A stretch of 58,492 bases of DNA, counting the filler, from Dugesia japonica (lineage: Eukaryota), in the NCBI GenBank assembly GCA_001938525.1. It is 5 parts of 5 records of this genome, joined end to end, with 100 filler letters (N's around TTAATTAATTAA, not from the genome) between each part and the next. Parts side by side here need not be neighbours in the genome. Positions count along the whole stretch, not along the records: positions 9,064 to 22,294 come from MQRL01647690.1; positions 22,395 to 31,773 come from MQRL01484017.1; 3 more parts are not named here. The stretch is one strand, 5' to 3'. This document shows positions 12,775-26,654 of the stretch, piece by piece. The notes under the pieces are model-generated. The model ran no database searches and was not told the origin of the DNA. It saw only the letters and a program-made list of their open reading frames with translations. How positions within the stretch are numbered: position 1 is the stretch's first letter; each line of letters begins with the position of its first letter. The position numbers and the translations under genes are program-made.

Positions 12775-15700
12775 TAATAATAATAATTGATAGTTACCGA
12801 TAAACTCTCTGAAAACTCCATTTAGTTCAATAAAAATTTATTTATAAAATAAAATTTCATATCTTCAAATATACAAAAAACTATCTTTTTAAAAGCTAAA
12901 TTTTTAAACAAAGTTTTTATTTTAAAATAAAATAAATAAAGTAATTAAAAAATAAAACATTAATAAAGTAAGGAAAAAATAAAACTTTAATAAAGTAATA
13001 AAAAAATAAATCTTTAGTAAAAGAGACAAAAATCAAATAAAAAAAATTAATTAATAAAAAAAATTAATTAAAAAAAGTTTAATAAATAAGAAAAATACTA
13101 ATAAACAAAATAACAATAAAAACTTTTAGTAAATATAAATGAAAAAAAATTAAAAAATAATAAAAAAATTTTAAAATAATTAATTAAATATAATTAGATA
13201 AAAAGAAAGGAAATTTAAAATTTGTAAAGACTTTATTACAATTTTTTATAAATTACATAGAAGTCAATAAAATATACAAAGAAATCAAAATAAATTATAG
13301 TGAAGTCAATACAAATTACATGGGAGTCAATAAAAATTACATAGAAGTCAATATAAATTACACAAAAGCTAATGAAGTAAGTACACATTACACAACAATA
13401 TATTAGTGTACAATTTCACAGTACATATATTACACAACAAAATACAGGTTTACAGTTGCAGGGTATGAACAATCTAATTTTATTCAAATTAAAAAAAAAG
13501 AAAATAAAATAAAAATAAAACAATAAATATAAAAAGAAAAAAATATTTATGTAAATAAATAAATAAATAAAAGGAAATTTTAAAACATAAAAACTAAAAT
13601 TAAAAAATAATTATTATTATAATAAATAAAAAGTTTTATAGTTACAATTATTGCGAGAATAAGTGTTAGACTTAACCATTGATCGCATATGAGATTTCAT
13701 TAAATAAAGTAATAACCCCGTTCAAAATAAATTTTTGCTTTATAGATATTCAAATATTCTTCAGGAATATGATGACTTTTTCATAGATTTAAACGATATA
13801 ACATTGTTACAAAAATCTAACAAAAAGTCATCATACTCCAAAATAAGACAATTGTCAAAAATTTGAATATCTATAAAACAACAATTTATTTTAATCAAAG
13901 CTATTACTTTATTTTAATGAAATAAAAGAACTATTTAAATTTAAAAATGTAAATGATGTATTAAAAAATCAATGATAAAAATGTTTGTTAAAAACGATAT
14001 CAAATTAAAAAGTTAATTAGAAAATAAGATTAATTAATAAAAAACGTTTAAAAAAATAAGAAAAATACAAATAAAAATTAATAATAAAGAAAAATCTTTT
14101 AAAATATAAAAATAAATAAATCAAGTAAAAAAATAATAGATACATAATAAAATTTTTAAAAAAATTATTCATCAAAAAAAATAGAAAAAAAGAAATGAAA
14201 TTTCAAATTTGCAAAAACCTCATTACAATTTTTTGAAAACTTAATATCGCCATTGGAGCAACTGATCTCTATATTACTACTGTCCGGGGAGCAAAAAATC
14301 TTAATATTAAATAAACCATCGCTCGATTAAAATTCTTCATTCATGCACGGTGTGAAAAACTCCTATATTTTTGACCAATCAAATTCTGCACCAATATTCT
14401 TTTACCCCAGAGGATGGAGGGTAGATGGAGGAGTTGTTGAAATGCGCCTTTATGTTCCTACTATAGTCTAATAACATCGTTTTGACTTTCAAATAATAAA
14501 ATTCTCAAAAGCGACGCGCTCAACATGTAAATTGAAAGAGTTAATAAAAATATAAATATGTGGCGTGTTTTTTAAAAAGATTTTAAAAAATATCTTACAA
14601 ATTTTACTTACAGATAATTAATCGTGGATGTTACCGAAACGGCATCTCCATCAGGACTAACTAAACTGAAATGAGAAGTACCATGATCTTGTTGTAATTC
14701 AAAACTTGGATGATAATATGAAATCGGATGGGTCTTATCGTCAGTAATTAATGACTTGATCCACGCAGAATAAGAATCAGATGTCAAATTTTTAACTAAC
14801 TTTAAACAAGGTCATGTCAAAAATAATTAAAATAAAACAAATACTGCTGAAACATTAACAAAATCCATATCGCCGAGAGCTGACCTCTTAGCAAATGCAA
14901 ATTTCATTGTTTCAACAAGTCTATGAAAAAACAATTCGGTGTTTTTACAAGAATCAAGGAAATTGACATCGAAATTATAATCTAAATGTAAAATAATAAA
15001 ATACGTGATAAAAAATAAGTGTTAATGTTTGATATAATATTTAAACATATTTGTTTCAATATTATTGATTTATTTAATTTTAATATACTTTAATAATTGC
15101 TATGTCTATTTCTGAAATAGAAAATCAAATTGGCGACCATGTGGAAATTAGTATCATTACTAGAAAAAGGAAAGAATAAAGGCAAAAGATTTTTAAAAAA
15201 TCTTCCACAAGCGACTCCAGAACTGCTAATTCCTAAGCCAACATTTTTTGACGGTTTTTTAGATACTGGAGAAGATTGAATACAAACCACCTAGAAATTT
15301 GCCATATTTAATCTAATGGGAATTTCTTCTTCATTCGATATGCTATTCGATAAGCAATGCCACGAAATTGTAAGAAATTGTAAAATGCAAGAAGCCAGCA
15401 AAAGGAAAAACCTCATACCAAATGAAAAGTGTGAAAGTTGGTTTTGATAAAGACTTATAAATGATAAATCGCTAGTAGAAAAATTACAGACTTATCATCA
15501 ATTAAGCAAATGATTGATGAAGAATATCGGAATTTTGAAATAAGGGTAAAAATCCTTGTTTACGATATCTTTAAAAGCGAACGATCACCAGATGAAATAT
15601 CAAGAGTTTTAATCGTAAAAGAATTAAGAAGCGAAAATTTAAAAGAATCCTTTACACTCTAACTAGAATTAGATGACGAAAACGTCAAAAATTGGTTGCA

Positions 15701-16449
15701 AACTTTGATAAATTTGTAGCAAAAAGTAATGTAAAGTTGTCAATGAAACTTACGCAAGTGCAGTTAAGAAATCAAGTTTTGAACCAAAATATAATAAAAT
15801 GGGAAGTGATTATAGAGGCCATTATTTTCATCTCAAAGAAACTACTCTCAAATATTTTAATATTTCTAGTAATTCGACAAACGATTCAAGGAATAGAATA
15901 ATAATAAGCAGTTAAGAGATATAAATGAAGACCAAGGAAGAGATTTTCCAAACATTCTCTGAAATATGTAGCAACAAAATTTTTTAACAGATGTCAAGGT
16001 AAAATGCCTCCCAGACTAGAATTCATACAGTCTGGTGCTTTTTTTGCTGTGCAGAAACAGACCATAGACGAATAAACTGTCCTTTAAAGAAAATCAGGGA
16101 TATTACATAGATATATAGTAGAGATAATACTGAGATAATTTTTTTGAGATTTCTACTTTAATTTCTAAAATTTTAATAAGAAATTAATTTTAGTTGAAAA
16201 AAACACTGATAGAAATATATTTTAGATTTTAAAATACTTATAACTGTTTTGAGATTTTTTATAAAATCATTGTTTAAAAATTAAGAGTAACTTATATAAA
16301 TTTATAGACGTTGGATTATCATATTCTCTGATTTTGTTTAATTGGATTGAAAAAGCAAATTTACTTCTTTCTTTTTTTGTTTTATTAATAAATTTATGGT
16401 TATTAAAACACTTTTAAATTCAATGGTGAACTCTCAGACTCGCCTAACA

Positions 16450-16511
<62 letters not shown>

Positions 16512-16584
16512 NNNNNNNNNNNNNNNNNNNNNNNNNNNNNNNNNNNNNNNNNNNNNNNNNNNNNNNNNNNNNNNNNNNNNNNNN

Positions 16585-16622
<38 letters not shown>

Positions 16623-19600
16623 TATAACACTTACATCTTAAAATATTTAATCCCTTAACTTAAGATTGATTTTTTAGGTGAATGATGTAAAATTGATTTG
16701 TTTTTATTATAGAACTTGATTTTTCAGATGATTTTCTTAATAAATTTTAAGTATTATTTTTTAAAAAATGTAATATGAGTGAGCACATACCAAAGACGTT
16801 GTAAACATACTTAAGATTTAATCGTTAAATAAATCTTTTTGTAATCTAAATTTTTTTTACTTTATCAATTAAAATGCTAATATCTTTTAAATCACATTTT
16901 TATTTTTTTGTAATTTCTCAATAATTTACTAAAGTTTAAATGGTGACAAACTGTGGAAATAGTACAAAATTCTAGAAAGTTTTATTGAATATTAAAATTT
17001 TGATAGTGAATGATAATACAATTAAACATGTTTTTGTGCGGTTTTTTCTACGATTTTTTTATATGACACACGAAAAATTGCATAAAAACTGCACAAAAAC
17101 AAGTTTTAACAATCGATTTTATTAATTTAGGTGTTAGATGAATCTGTAACATTCATCTTTGCATTTGAAAATTGAACACTTTTCATTCTAAGATTTATTT
17201 AAGACAACAACAAAAACTCAACATATCAATTTGTCTTTTCAAACAAATTTAAAGGCTTTATAACTGAGACTTGAACAAAAAATATTAGTTTATCAAAATA
17301 ATTTTTAAATAAAATTTTAAAATACCATAGCAAAATGTTTTAAAGAAAATTACAAAAATTATATATTTAATTAATTTATTTAATATATTTCAAATTTTCT
17401 ACAAATTATAAATTTAAAGTTTAGTTTTTTGTAAACATTTAAATACGTAAAATTNTTATGATTATTTAACAAATTTATTTTATGATTTAATTAAAAATAT
17501 TTAATAAATAATTTTAACAATTTCGTTTCAATATACATAAAATTTAAAATTGCTTTTAAAAACTACTTTAATTAAAATTATTTATTAAATATTTTTAATT
17601 GTATTATCAAATACAAATTAATATATCATTCAAAAATTTTACTAAGCATGATTCTGTTTTCAGGTAAGTAGAAGTTCATTTAACACTAAATGTTAGTAAA
17701 TAAAAATTTTTGATCTAAAATTTCGACAATTTTTCTTTAAAAAGTTAACATTTTTCTTGTAAAACACCAATTATTTGGTTTATAATAAAAGCAATTACTC
17801 GATAAAACATTGAGACTAAACGCAACAAGGACCCCGCTAGATGGAGGAGGCAATGTGTAGAGAGTATTATTGTTTCCCAAATTTACTGAAATTGGTTTTC
17901 GTTCTTTCATTTCATATTTGAGGAAATCATCTTTGGTAATAATTCCACCTTCTGCTGAGATTTCAGCAATCATTTTATCTACTAATGATCCATTTTTCAT
18001 AGCATATGGTTCATTAGATAAAATTCTCATAGTATTTGCAAGTTTTGGGATTTTTATGATGTCACCAAATACTTTCGGTTTTCCAGTTTTGGAATCAGTT
18101 AATACTTTTCTATATGTTTAAATATTTAAATTAAAATATTTTTTTAATATCTAACCTCAATTCTGAAAATTCAGATGCTGTTGCAGTTTTAAAAAAATAA
18201 TCAATTCCGCTTTGTATACTTTTTGAAACATAAAACCCATTCGTTAATATGTCGATAGATGGTTCGAATAATACTTTCCATTCCAATTTTCCAAATCTTT
18301 TATGAATTTCGTAATAACCAGAAACCAATCCCATTACAGCAATAGATTTACCACCTTTCACAAAAATGAAAAACGTCATAACTTCATTCTAATTATTCAA
18401 TAATATTATTTTAAATTTTCTATGACAGTGTTCTCAGAATCTCAGAATGAACAAGATATGGAGTAACATGCATAAACTCCAACTCGCCTAATCCAGTCCT
18501 TTAATCCAGTTTAATCTTCTCAAATCTAATTTAATTTTATTGTAATTGTGAGGTAAATTAGATAGACAGATTGATTCGGGGAATTTTTTTGTGGCAAATC
18601 AATAAAAGAATAATAANNNNNNNNNNNNNNNNNNNNNNNNNNNNNNNNNNNNNNNNNNNNNNNNNNGTAATTATCCCAAACTTTTGTGGTTTTCTCATTT
18701 ATTTAAAAATACAATTTTAACTGAAACAATCTTTTTTAAAACAAATTTATCTTAAATTTCTATTTCACATTATGACTATTTCTTCAATTTCTGTGTGTGT
18801 ATGAATGTTGCCAATATTACAGAGAAAGAATAATATCAAGGACATTAGAATGATATACGGTATCTTCTATTCCGGCATAAAATGACCAAAACTATGAAAC
18901 AGTTAATAGTATTGTTAAAGATACTTGAAGTCAGGTGAGATTTTGCATTCAAACGCGAGGTTTATAGGCATTCTAAACTAAGTTTAGAAGCTAACAAAGC
19001 ACTGCTTACCATTGTGAACCAAGAAGGTACTGAGACATTAGTCCAGTTTTCTAACCGGACAACTTTAGTACTGAAGTATCCAAAAGTGCAATTGACAAGT
19101 CACTATGTTAATTCTACTATATTCTAAAAAGAGTCACATTATTGCCTGTATGGTGAAAATGTGAAGCTACAATTAATGAAAGAGAGGTTTATGCCTCTAA
19201 CTATCAGACTTTTAAAACAAGTAATGACAATAAAAACTTGATTTTTCTACATGAGATTGGATTTGTGGTTTTGACAAGACCAAGTTGTTGTCAAAGTAAA
19301 AGTGGATAATCCGCTTTCATTAGTGTGTCTGTTGTCAGAAGTAAAAATATTTCTGTTGTACATGCCATTAACAAATATAGTATGATTTACCATAAGGCTC
19401 ATAAGAAAACTGTCAATGGCGACCGCTTCAAGGAGTCTTTGTGAGAGATAAAATCTGATTGTAGAGAAAATGGCATATTAAATCAAATATTCATCATGGA
19501 CAATACCAGAACTCACCATTACAGAGGATTATTTGATGATTCAGAAATTTCAGATTAAAACATTAAATATCTTCTTACTTATTTCAATTTCCTGAACACA

Positions 19601-20647
19601 GTCGAAAATGTATTTTCACTTTGGAAGAATAGCGTAATTAAAAAAGGTGCAATGAATGAAACTATTTTTCGGGTTTAATTATTAGTAAATTTGACGAAAT
19701 AACCGAAGAAATTTTATCTTCATTTTATCGTAAAACACTTGGTTGTTCAGTTCGTTGATCTTTAAATAAATATGATGACTTTTAATGCAACAATTATTAA
19801 ATTTGTGCAACGAATTTTAAATAGATCTTAAAACATTAAAATAATTATAAATAATACTAGACTGTTTACAAAGAATTTACTTAACCTATTTAGATAAAAA
19901 ATTGGAAACGTATGTATTATTTTCAAATAAATATTATTTGTACTTTGTTTATTTATGTTAAATAAAACAATCTAAAGAAATTTAGAACACTGAACATGTA
20001 TATTTATAAGCTATATATTCACTTCAAGAGAAATCAATATAAATTAATGGCCTGTAAATAATTTCAGATATCTAACACATTTTTAAATCGATTATATTAA
20101 GTAATTACAAAATATATAAATACAACATAAATTATTTTATTACAAGGTGATCCTAAAAAATATATATTTCTTTAGATTTAATTAATAATTGCTATTTTCA
20201 CTGTTCAGTAGGTAGATAGTGTCACGTTGGCTCACCCCGTACAATTTTGTGACCATGTTTTAGAAGACAGAATGGCAAACTATTGAGAAATAAAATGGAG
20301 ATTTTTGAAATCAGCTAGGATAATAGATTGACCGTAATTATTCAAAAAAACGACGATTTATTCATGGCTGACAAATAGGACATTGGATGCACACATCTTT
20401 CGAACCATAGAATAAGTACGAAAGGAGATTTTTGTTTTTATACATTTTCAATAAATTCAAATTCTCTTAGATTTAACGATATGTATTAGACTCATTTAAC
20501 ACATAATTGCCACTATTAATGTAATTAAAATTTAAAATTTAGTTTAAATTACCTGTAATAGATGAAACATGGTTAGCAAACATGTTTTCTGTTGCTTGTC
20601 CAGGAGCTTCTTCTCTTATATCGTATGCATGAACTTCTTTGGTAGTT
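9543..20647 (-). CDS. GGT: Gamma-glutamyl transpeptidase, 7 internal exons: 20647-20553, 18354-18156, 18109-17799, 14981-14845, 14799-14612, 12241-12001, 9656-9543. The 5' and 3' exons are missing.
   Basis: Phase-consistent GT-AG junctions. Motifs DIREEAP, PPPSSG, HRLVETMKFAFAKRSALGD, HGTSHFS (catalytic Thr), TSTINY, NDEMDDFS, KRPMSSM, GASGG and PRVHHQLLP. Confidence 0.95.
10050..11880 (+). mobile_element. Highly decayed Penelope-like element remnant in a GGT intron
   Basis: Weak RT-end and GIY-YIG-like traces, then a minimal hammerhead motif at 11817-11850 followed by AATAAA. Confidence 0.45.
11811..11858 (+). ncRNA. Degenerate minimal type I hammerhead ribozyme motif
   Basis: CTGAAGA-T-GAC[AAGTAATTA]GTC-GAAA-CATG. 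The cleavage triplet and stem I are eroded. Confidence 0.6.
12300..14240. repeat. AT-rich repeat region with (ATA)n and ~20-bp tandem units (AAATTACATAGAAGTCAAT)
   Basis: About 5 units at 13250-13370. The segment at 13211 recurs at 14198. Confidence 0.65.
13694..13923. repeat. ~230-bp imperfect palindrome (foldback/MITE-like)
   Basis: ATTTCATTAAATAAAGTAATA...TTTATAGATATTCAAAT and TATGATGACTTTT pair with reverse complements in the right half. Confidence 0.8.
15130..16100 (+). mobile_element. Decayed LTR-retrotransposon gag
   Basis: PBS-like TGGCGACC at 15131 and a knuckle-like CFFCCAETDHRRINCP near 16035-16083. Confidence 0.5.
18850..19820 (+). mobile_element. Tc1/IS630-like (DDE_3) transposase remnant
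   Basis: LIFLHEIGF, VRSKNISVV, IFIMDNTRTHH and YLLTYFNFLNTVENVFSLWK (compare LPPYSPFLNPIE). Confidence 0.85.
20143..20240. mobile_element. ~100-bp Tc1/mariner MITE
   Basis: TA|CAAGGTGA...TCACCCCG|TA termini with an internal TAGATAGTGTCAC motif. Confidence 0.5.
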
Positions 20648-21035
20648 CTTCATTAGCAAAAAATAAATTAAAATTTATTGATATATCCATAAAGAAAATG
20701 TAATTCAATTTTAAAAACTTAATTCATAAATAACAATGTTGAGAATCGATTAAATATTAAATATTTTTCATGACAACTTTCTTGCATCATATACTTTTTA
20801 AAAAGTTCACAGTGATCTTTTTCTATGACAGAATATATTTGAGTATAATCATTTCAAAAATGAAATTATGAATCATAAGTTTTTATATTGGAGAAATTAT
20901 GAATGATTTCGAAAATGAGGACACGAACAATAAACAAACACTAATGCAATAAACATATTCAAACCAAATAGTACACAAATAAATTCATGTATTATATAAA
21001 CATGTCTCAATTTTTAATGTATAATATTTATTATA

Positions 21036-22200
21036 TTAGGTTTGTCCCGTTTCTTTACAATAATTAAAGAATAATTTTATTTAAAATAAATTATATTTCA
21101 TTAATACAATATCACCATTTGGTTAAATTACCTTTTTCCATCTGTCTCGTAGCTGCACAATGCTAAACTCATAGAAAATCTGAGGTTTGTGGCTGATGAA
21201 CTGATTCAAGTGACTTATCAAATCTTCCAAGCAAGAAAAGTTCTTATCATTCTTTTGAAGTGATCTAAGTAAATGATAGTCAGAGGACGCAAGGTTCGGT
21301 GAGTACGTTGAATGGTATAAAACACCTCAGTTCAGTTTTAGAAGTTTCTGTCGGGTGGTCTAGACAGGTGTGGTCTAGCTTTGTCTTGAAGAAACAATAA
21401 CCTTACTGTTTGCTAGTTTACACCGCTTCTGGTGGCTCGTTTCCTTTAAATTACTTAGTTGTGAACAGTATTTTATTGAATTAATAGTTTGGTTTTAAGG
21501 CAAAGGCTCACAATAAAGAATTCTTTTGAACTCCCACCAAATGCGTAGTATTACCTTCCTTTGATGTTGATTACCTATGACTACGGTTAATGGAAAATCC
21601 CCAGGCTTACAACATGATTTCTTACCCTTAATATTATTATATTCTATCCATCTTTCAAACCTGGTTACCATTGGCTTTAAATATGTATCAATCTGTTACG
21701 CTATAATGGAAAATTGCAACGGAAATTCTGTACGGTAAAAGTTTTCTCGGTTAATTAATCCAGCATCCAAAAACCCGGTTTGGTAGTCAATCCAAGTTAA
21801 TCTAAACCTCTTTACACTTTGCAATGGTTAATACCAAGTATTTCTCACAATCTCTTTAGTTTTTCTATGGTGATCACTCTCAATTAGCGCATATATTTCG
21901 TCGTTATCGATCTCAATAGGTCATCCGGAATGTGGCTTATCGGTAAGATAAAAACGTTTCTGGTGAAAATTTCTGAACAACTCCTACAAAGCATATAATT
22001 TTATGGATCTGGGAAGTATTTTTGCTAATCCTAAAATAATTAAGCATGATTTATAATTGTTTTACTAAAATTTTATTTCTATCTTCCATATTAAATGTTA
22101 CCAAATTTTAAAAAATGTAATTTTTATGAAATATTTGTGTTATATTTGGTTCATTTAAACAACATTAAAACTTAACATGTGTTAGCATGTGTTATTTTAA
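21036..22200 (-). mobile_element. Near full-length decayed mariner element
   Basis: TIR-like TATTAGGTTTG and the motifs YHSTYSPNLASSDYHLLRSL, DKARPH and VILRIWWE, with many stops. Confidence 0.9.
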
Positions 22201-22224
22201 AAAATATTTAGATAATTTCGATTA

Positions 22225-22294
22225 AATATAATATAATATAATATAATATAATATAATATAATATAATATAATATAATATAATATAATATAATAT
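22225..22294. repeat. (AATAT)n microsatellite
   Basis: Perfect pentamer run ending at a gap. Confidence 0.95.
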
Positions 22295-22394
22295 NNNNNN
22301 NNNNNNNNNNNNNNNNNNNNNNNNNNNNNNNNNNNNNNTTAATTAATTAANNNNNNNNNNNNNNNNNNNNNNNNNNNNNNNNNNNNNNNNNNNN

Positions 22395-22600
22395 ATAAAA
22401 AGTATTAGAAAGTCCTTAAATAATGATAATTCCGTGAAAGAAATAGCCAATGATTAATCATTATCATTACCTACAGTCTACGATATTATTAAGAAAATTT
22501 GTGATGGGAAAATTAACGAGGAAATTTTACGAAGAAAATCTGGACCCAAAGTAAAGAATCATTCAAATGCCAAAGCATGTTTATCTCAAATTTCAAAGCG
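22395..22600 (+). mobile_element. Tc1-like transposase N-terminal HTH fragment
   Basis: SVKEIAND*SLSLPTVYDIIKK...RRKSGPK. Confidence 0.55.
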
Positions 22601-23094
22601 AATCCTTAATATTGAACAATTTGACTTGTATATACGAATAACAAATTTTAGAAGTTTGAAAAGATTACATTTTTTGCAAACAATGAATTTAAACAAGACA
22701 TATTTAAGAATCAAATACAGTTAATTACTAATTTTAATTAAAATTAAAATCTATAGAAGGTTTATTTATTATAAAATTATGACGAAATAAAACGTGTTTT
22801 TATAAAATGATTACACACATGATTTTTAATTAATTTGATGCAAATAAACAAATATAAAATTCATTAGTATTAGTATAATAATCAAAAAACGTTATCCTTA
22901 ATGAAATAAATCAAAAAGCATGTACTTCATATAGGTTGTTTTCTAGTATTATTAAATAATTAACGATTTCAAACAGTATTAAAATTAGATGCCTTTATTC
23001 AAAATTAATATCGAATAATGTCTACTTTTAGCCTCTTTTGGTGATAATTTACTCTTTATTTAAATTTTGTCACTTATTTGTTTTCTCGCTGTTC

Positions 23095-23260
23095 GCTGGT
23101 CATCAATGTTCTGTACACTGTTTACTGTGCACTGGATTTCAATCATCAATACACTATGCACTGTACACTGACTCTCAGACATCAATACTCTGTGCACTAG
23201 TCTTCAGTCATCAATGTTTTAATCCACTATTTGCTGATCTTCACTCTTCACTGGTGGTAA
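23095..23260. repeat. Degenerate minisatellite (TCATCAAT...CTGT(A/G)CACT units)
   Basis: About 4 units visible. Confidence 0.6.
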
Positions 23261-24435
23261 ATGTACTGTTTGATTAATTTTAAAACTTCATAAATTTTGC
23301 ATTAATTATTTTACTTTGATTGAATAAAATTTCTATTTCAGGATTTAATTAATTAATTTGAAAGGCTAATAATAGGTTTGTTAATAATTGGTTAGCAGTT
23401 TAATGATTGGATATATTTATGTTACAAGTAGATAATCAATAGGCAAATTAATCGATTATAGTGTCTATTTTCAAAGGAAATTTCTATATTAAGGGAAAAT
23501 ATGTGTATCATTAACCGGTTATTTGGATTTATTGGTAGTAAAGTATAGATTTAAAGTTAAGTTTAGACCTGATTATATGGAATAATTTATGAAACGATTT
23601 AACCATTAACTGAGAGATCAATATGTAAATGATGATAACGAGTAGAGTGAGACTTGTATATATTAATACTTGATGATAGCGAGAGTTGTGTACTGTGATT
23701 TAAACCTTATAATAGTGAATAATATACTAAGTATGACTGATAGGTGAATAATCTACATTAGTTTGAATGAACTTAAGTTTTCAAACGATTTTATCATGTT
23801 AAGGTTAAAAATATGTGAATGATTGACTGAATTATTTGGTTTGATTGATATTACAATCCAAGAACAATTGATTGAGTGAATAATTGGTGGATTGTATGCA
23901 GTCACTTTTCAGTATTAGAATTATTATTACAGAAAAATTTATGTACATGTTAACTAGCTTTAAAAAAGTTTATGGAAATTTATAATGATGATTAAAAAGT
24001 TCCTGAAAATTTTCAATGATGATTCAATGCACCCGATACATTTTTTAAACCTATACATTTAATTCAGTTATATATTGTATTCAATCTTTTCATTTATCAT
24101 AATCTAATCGTTCAAGTCAATCACTTAATTCATTGAATATGCTTAATTTATTTTATTAGCCATAAACATATAAGCAATAGTCCCTATTTTCATTGAAATA
24201 AAAACTAAGCTGATTCTAATGTTTACTGATTGCTAACATGATTCTATATTTATAATCCATTTCATCTTACAACTAATGATACAGTTTGTCAAATTACATA
24301 GTTATTAAGTTTTATAAAAATTTCTTCAAGGTAAATACAGTAAATTAATCCATTAATCAATAAATACAGAAAAGTAAATGTGTCTATATATGTAAAGCTA
24401 ATGGATAGAATAAGCAAATAAGTACAGTAACCTAA

Positions 24436-25480
24436 TGTGATAGAGGGAATAAATCCTACATAAAGTTGGGATTAAAGTGGCGTTGTTGTGAAAATAAAAT
24501 TTATGGATATTTTATTAAAGTTAAAATTTGTACATTTCAGTTTTAATATATTATACATCTATGCTTTCAATAGAACTTTGTTATTTAAATTCATAAACAA
24601 ATACATTAATAACTTCTTGCAATTTGCATTCGGCCCCAAAAACATTTTAAACGTTCAAACTGGCCTTTGAAGAAGAGTAACTGCTCAAACCTGATCTTAC
24701 ACTTTATTAGTTCTAGAATTTAAACAATCACATGTTATCAGGAAATAATAATTAATTATTAATCTTAGAAAATAAGAAGCGATTAAAATAATTAATATTG
24801 ATTTATTTCTATTTATTTTCTATTTATTTAAATCAGTCATCCGAGTTAATAGTGAAATATAACTATGTCTAAAAGTAATAGTTCTGATTTTGAAAACAAA
24901 TTATCATTTGAAGATTTACCTAACATAGTAGCAGCGGTAAATAACAATTCTATTACATATAGATTACAAATGTGTTCTTTAGAAGAAATAATATTGAAGA
25001 ATTGATAAAGCGTTGTAAATTGTATTTTGATGCTTAAGGCATTACACAAAATTAACAACAGGAAAGACTAATCTATTGTCTGGTAGATGATGATTTGTTG
25101 GAAGAATATGCCAAGATATTGAAAAAGGTTGAAGGGTTTCAAGCTCGTTTAAGTTTGGCATTCAAAAATGAGAAAGTGTTGAACCAATCGATGTAAAACC
25201 ATACATGCAACCAATAATTGAAGAAGCTATCCAGAACTTTTTTTCGAGAATAACATTATCAGGAAATGAAATACTCCATGGAATACCTCACTGATTTGTA
25301 TTTGGAAAAAAGAAAAGAAGGACATTATAATATGTTTGGATTTTAGACAATTGAATGCAGTAACGAAAAGTTAGATGGAAAAAATATTTTAGTTCAATAG
25401 ATTTGGGAAATGCATACTATCAGGTAGAGCTCGAAGAAGAATCTGAAGGGAAAACGGCGTTTTCAACGAAGCATACATAA
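24436..25480 (+). mobile_element. Internally deleted Gypsy element: putative LTR at 24436-24732, gag start and RT fragments
   Basis: TGTGAT...ATCACA termini, then PBS-like TGTTATCAG. NIEELIKRCKLYFDA (gag), CLDFRQLNAVT and FSSIDLGNAYYQVELEEESEGKTAFST (RT). Confidence 0.7.
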
Positions 25481-26654
25481 ACACATAAAAGTTTAACTTA
25501 TTTATTCACCAATCTATTAATAATTCATCACCATCGTCTTCGAAATTAGCGTGGATTTGTTCATCATAATTTTGTTTTTTTTGATAGAAAACATATTTTC
25601 GACAATAGTCTTCTTCATGAACATGTTGGTATTGTCGAAAAATTGAATTTCTTTACAAAATTTTTTTATTTATATCGAAGCTTTTTCTTTATTTTAATGA
25701 AATCTTAAATGCGATTAATAGTTAAGTCCAACAGTTATTTTATAATAATTGTAATTAGAAAACATATGTATAATAAACGGCTAATTTTTTTAGTGTATCT
25801 GTACTCGGGTTTCCTATATTTTTAATTTTCTAATACAAATTTTTTTACTACTATAGATGTTTTTCTATATTTATTTNNNNNNNNNNNNNNNNNNNNNNNN
25901 NNNNNNNNNNNNNNNNNNNNNNNNNNNNNNNNNNNNNNNNNNNNNNNNNNNNNNNNNNNNNNNNNNNCTAATTATCGTTTTATAAATAATGGTAAGGTAG
26001 ATTTTTAGTTACTTCTACCAATATTAATAAACTCCAGAAAAACATTTATTATCTGTATTTTCAGAATTAATTATTTTTTACAATGCAAATGATAATTTCT
26101 TTAGCCTCCAACTAGTGATACATATTCCGAAATTGTTATCACTGATCTTGATTCTAATTCTCTCATTTTTGTTGCATAAAGTTTCAATTGGATTTCTCTT
26201 AAATTTTGCTGAAATTGTAATTATTTATTTTGAGTAGTGATGCTTTACTTGTTTTTGAATAAACTTTTCATTCCTATTCATATTTTTAATTTTTGAATTA
26301 TTGGCAGATAATATTGTTTCGCACACAATATTTGTTATGACTAGTGCTACTTTTGATACTTTTTTATTATTAATGCTACTTATGTAGCATTTATGAAAAT
26401 TTTCTGAAGAGTGTTAATATATTAAAATAAAAGAATTTTAGGTATAAATTATATTTTATATTGTTCAATGAATATTTTAGTAAGATTAACTAAATTATTT
26501 TTTGTGTTTTAAGGGTTAAATATACTTGATAGATTTTAATATTTTTTAGAAATTTAAATTAAAAATAAAAACTAAGAAAGTTATTGTTTTATTATGCTAA
26601 ATTGATTTTTAAATAATTTGCGAACCGAATTAAAAAGTTTTTAATAAGTGTTTA

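Noticed and set aside
17870-18121. Plus-strand ORF (likewise 41842-42063 and 46470-47022)
   Set aside because: Antisense shadows of GGT, polB and gag-protease sequence.
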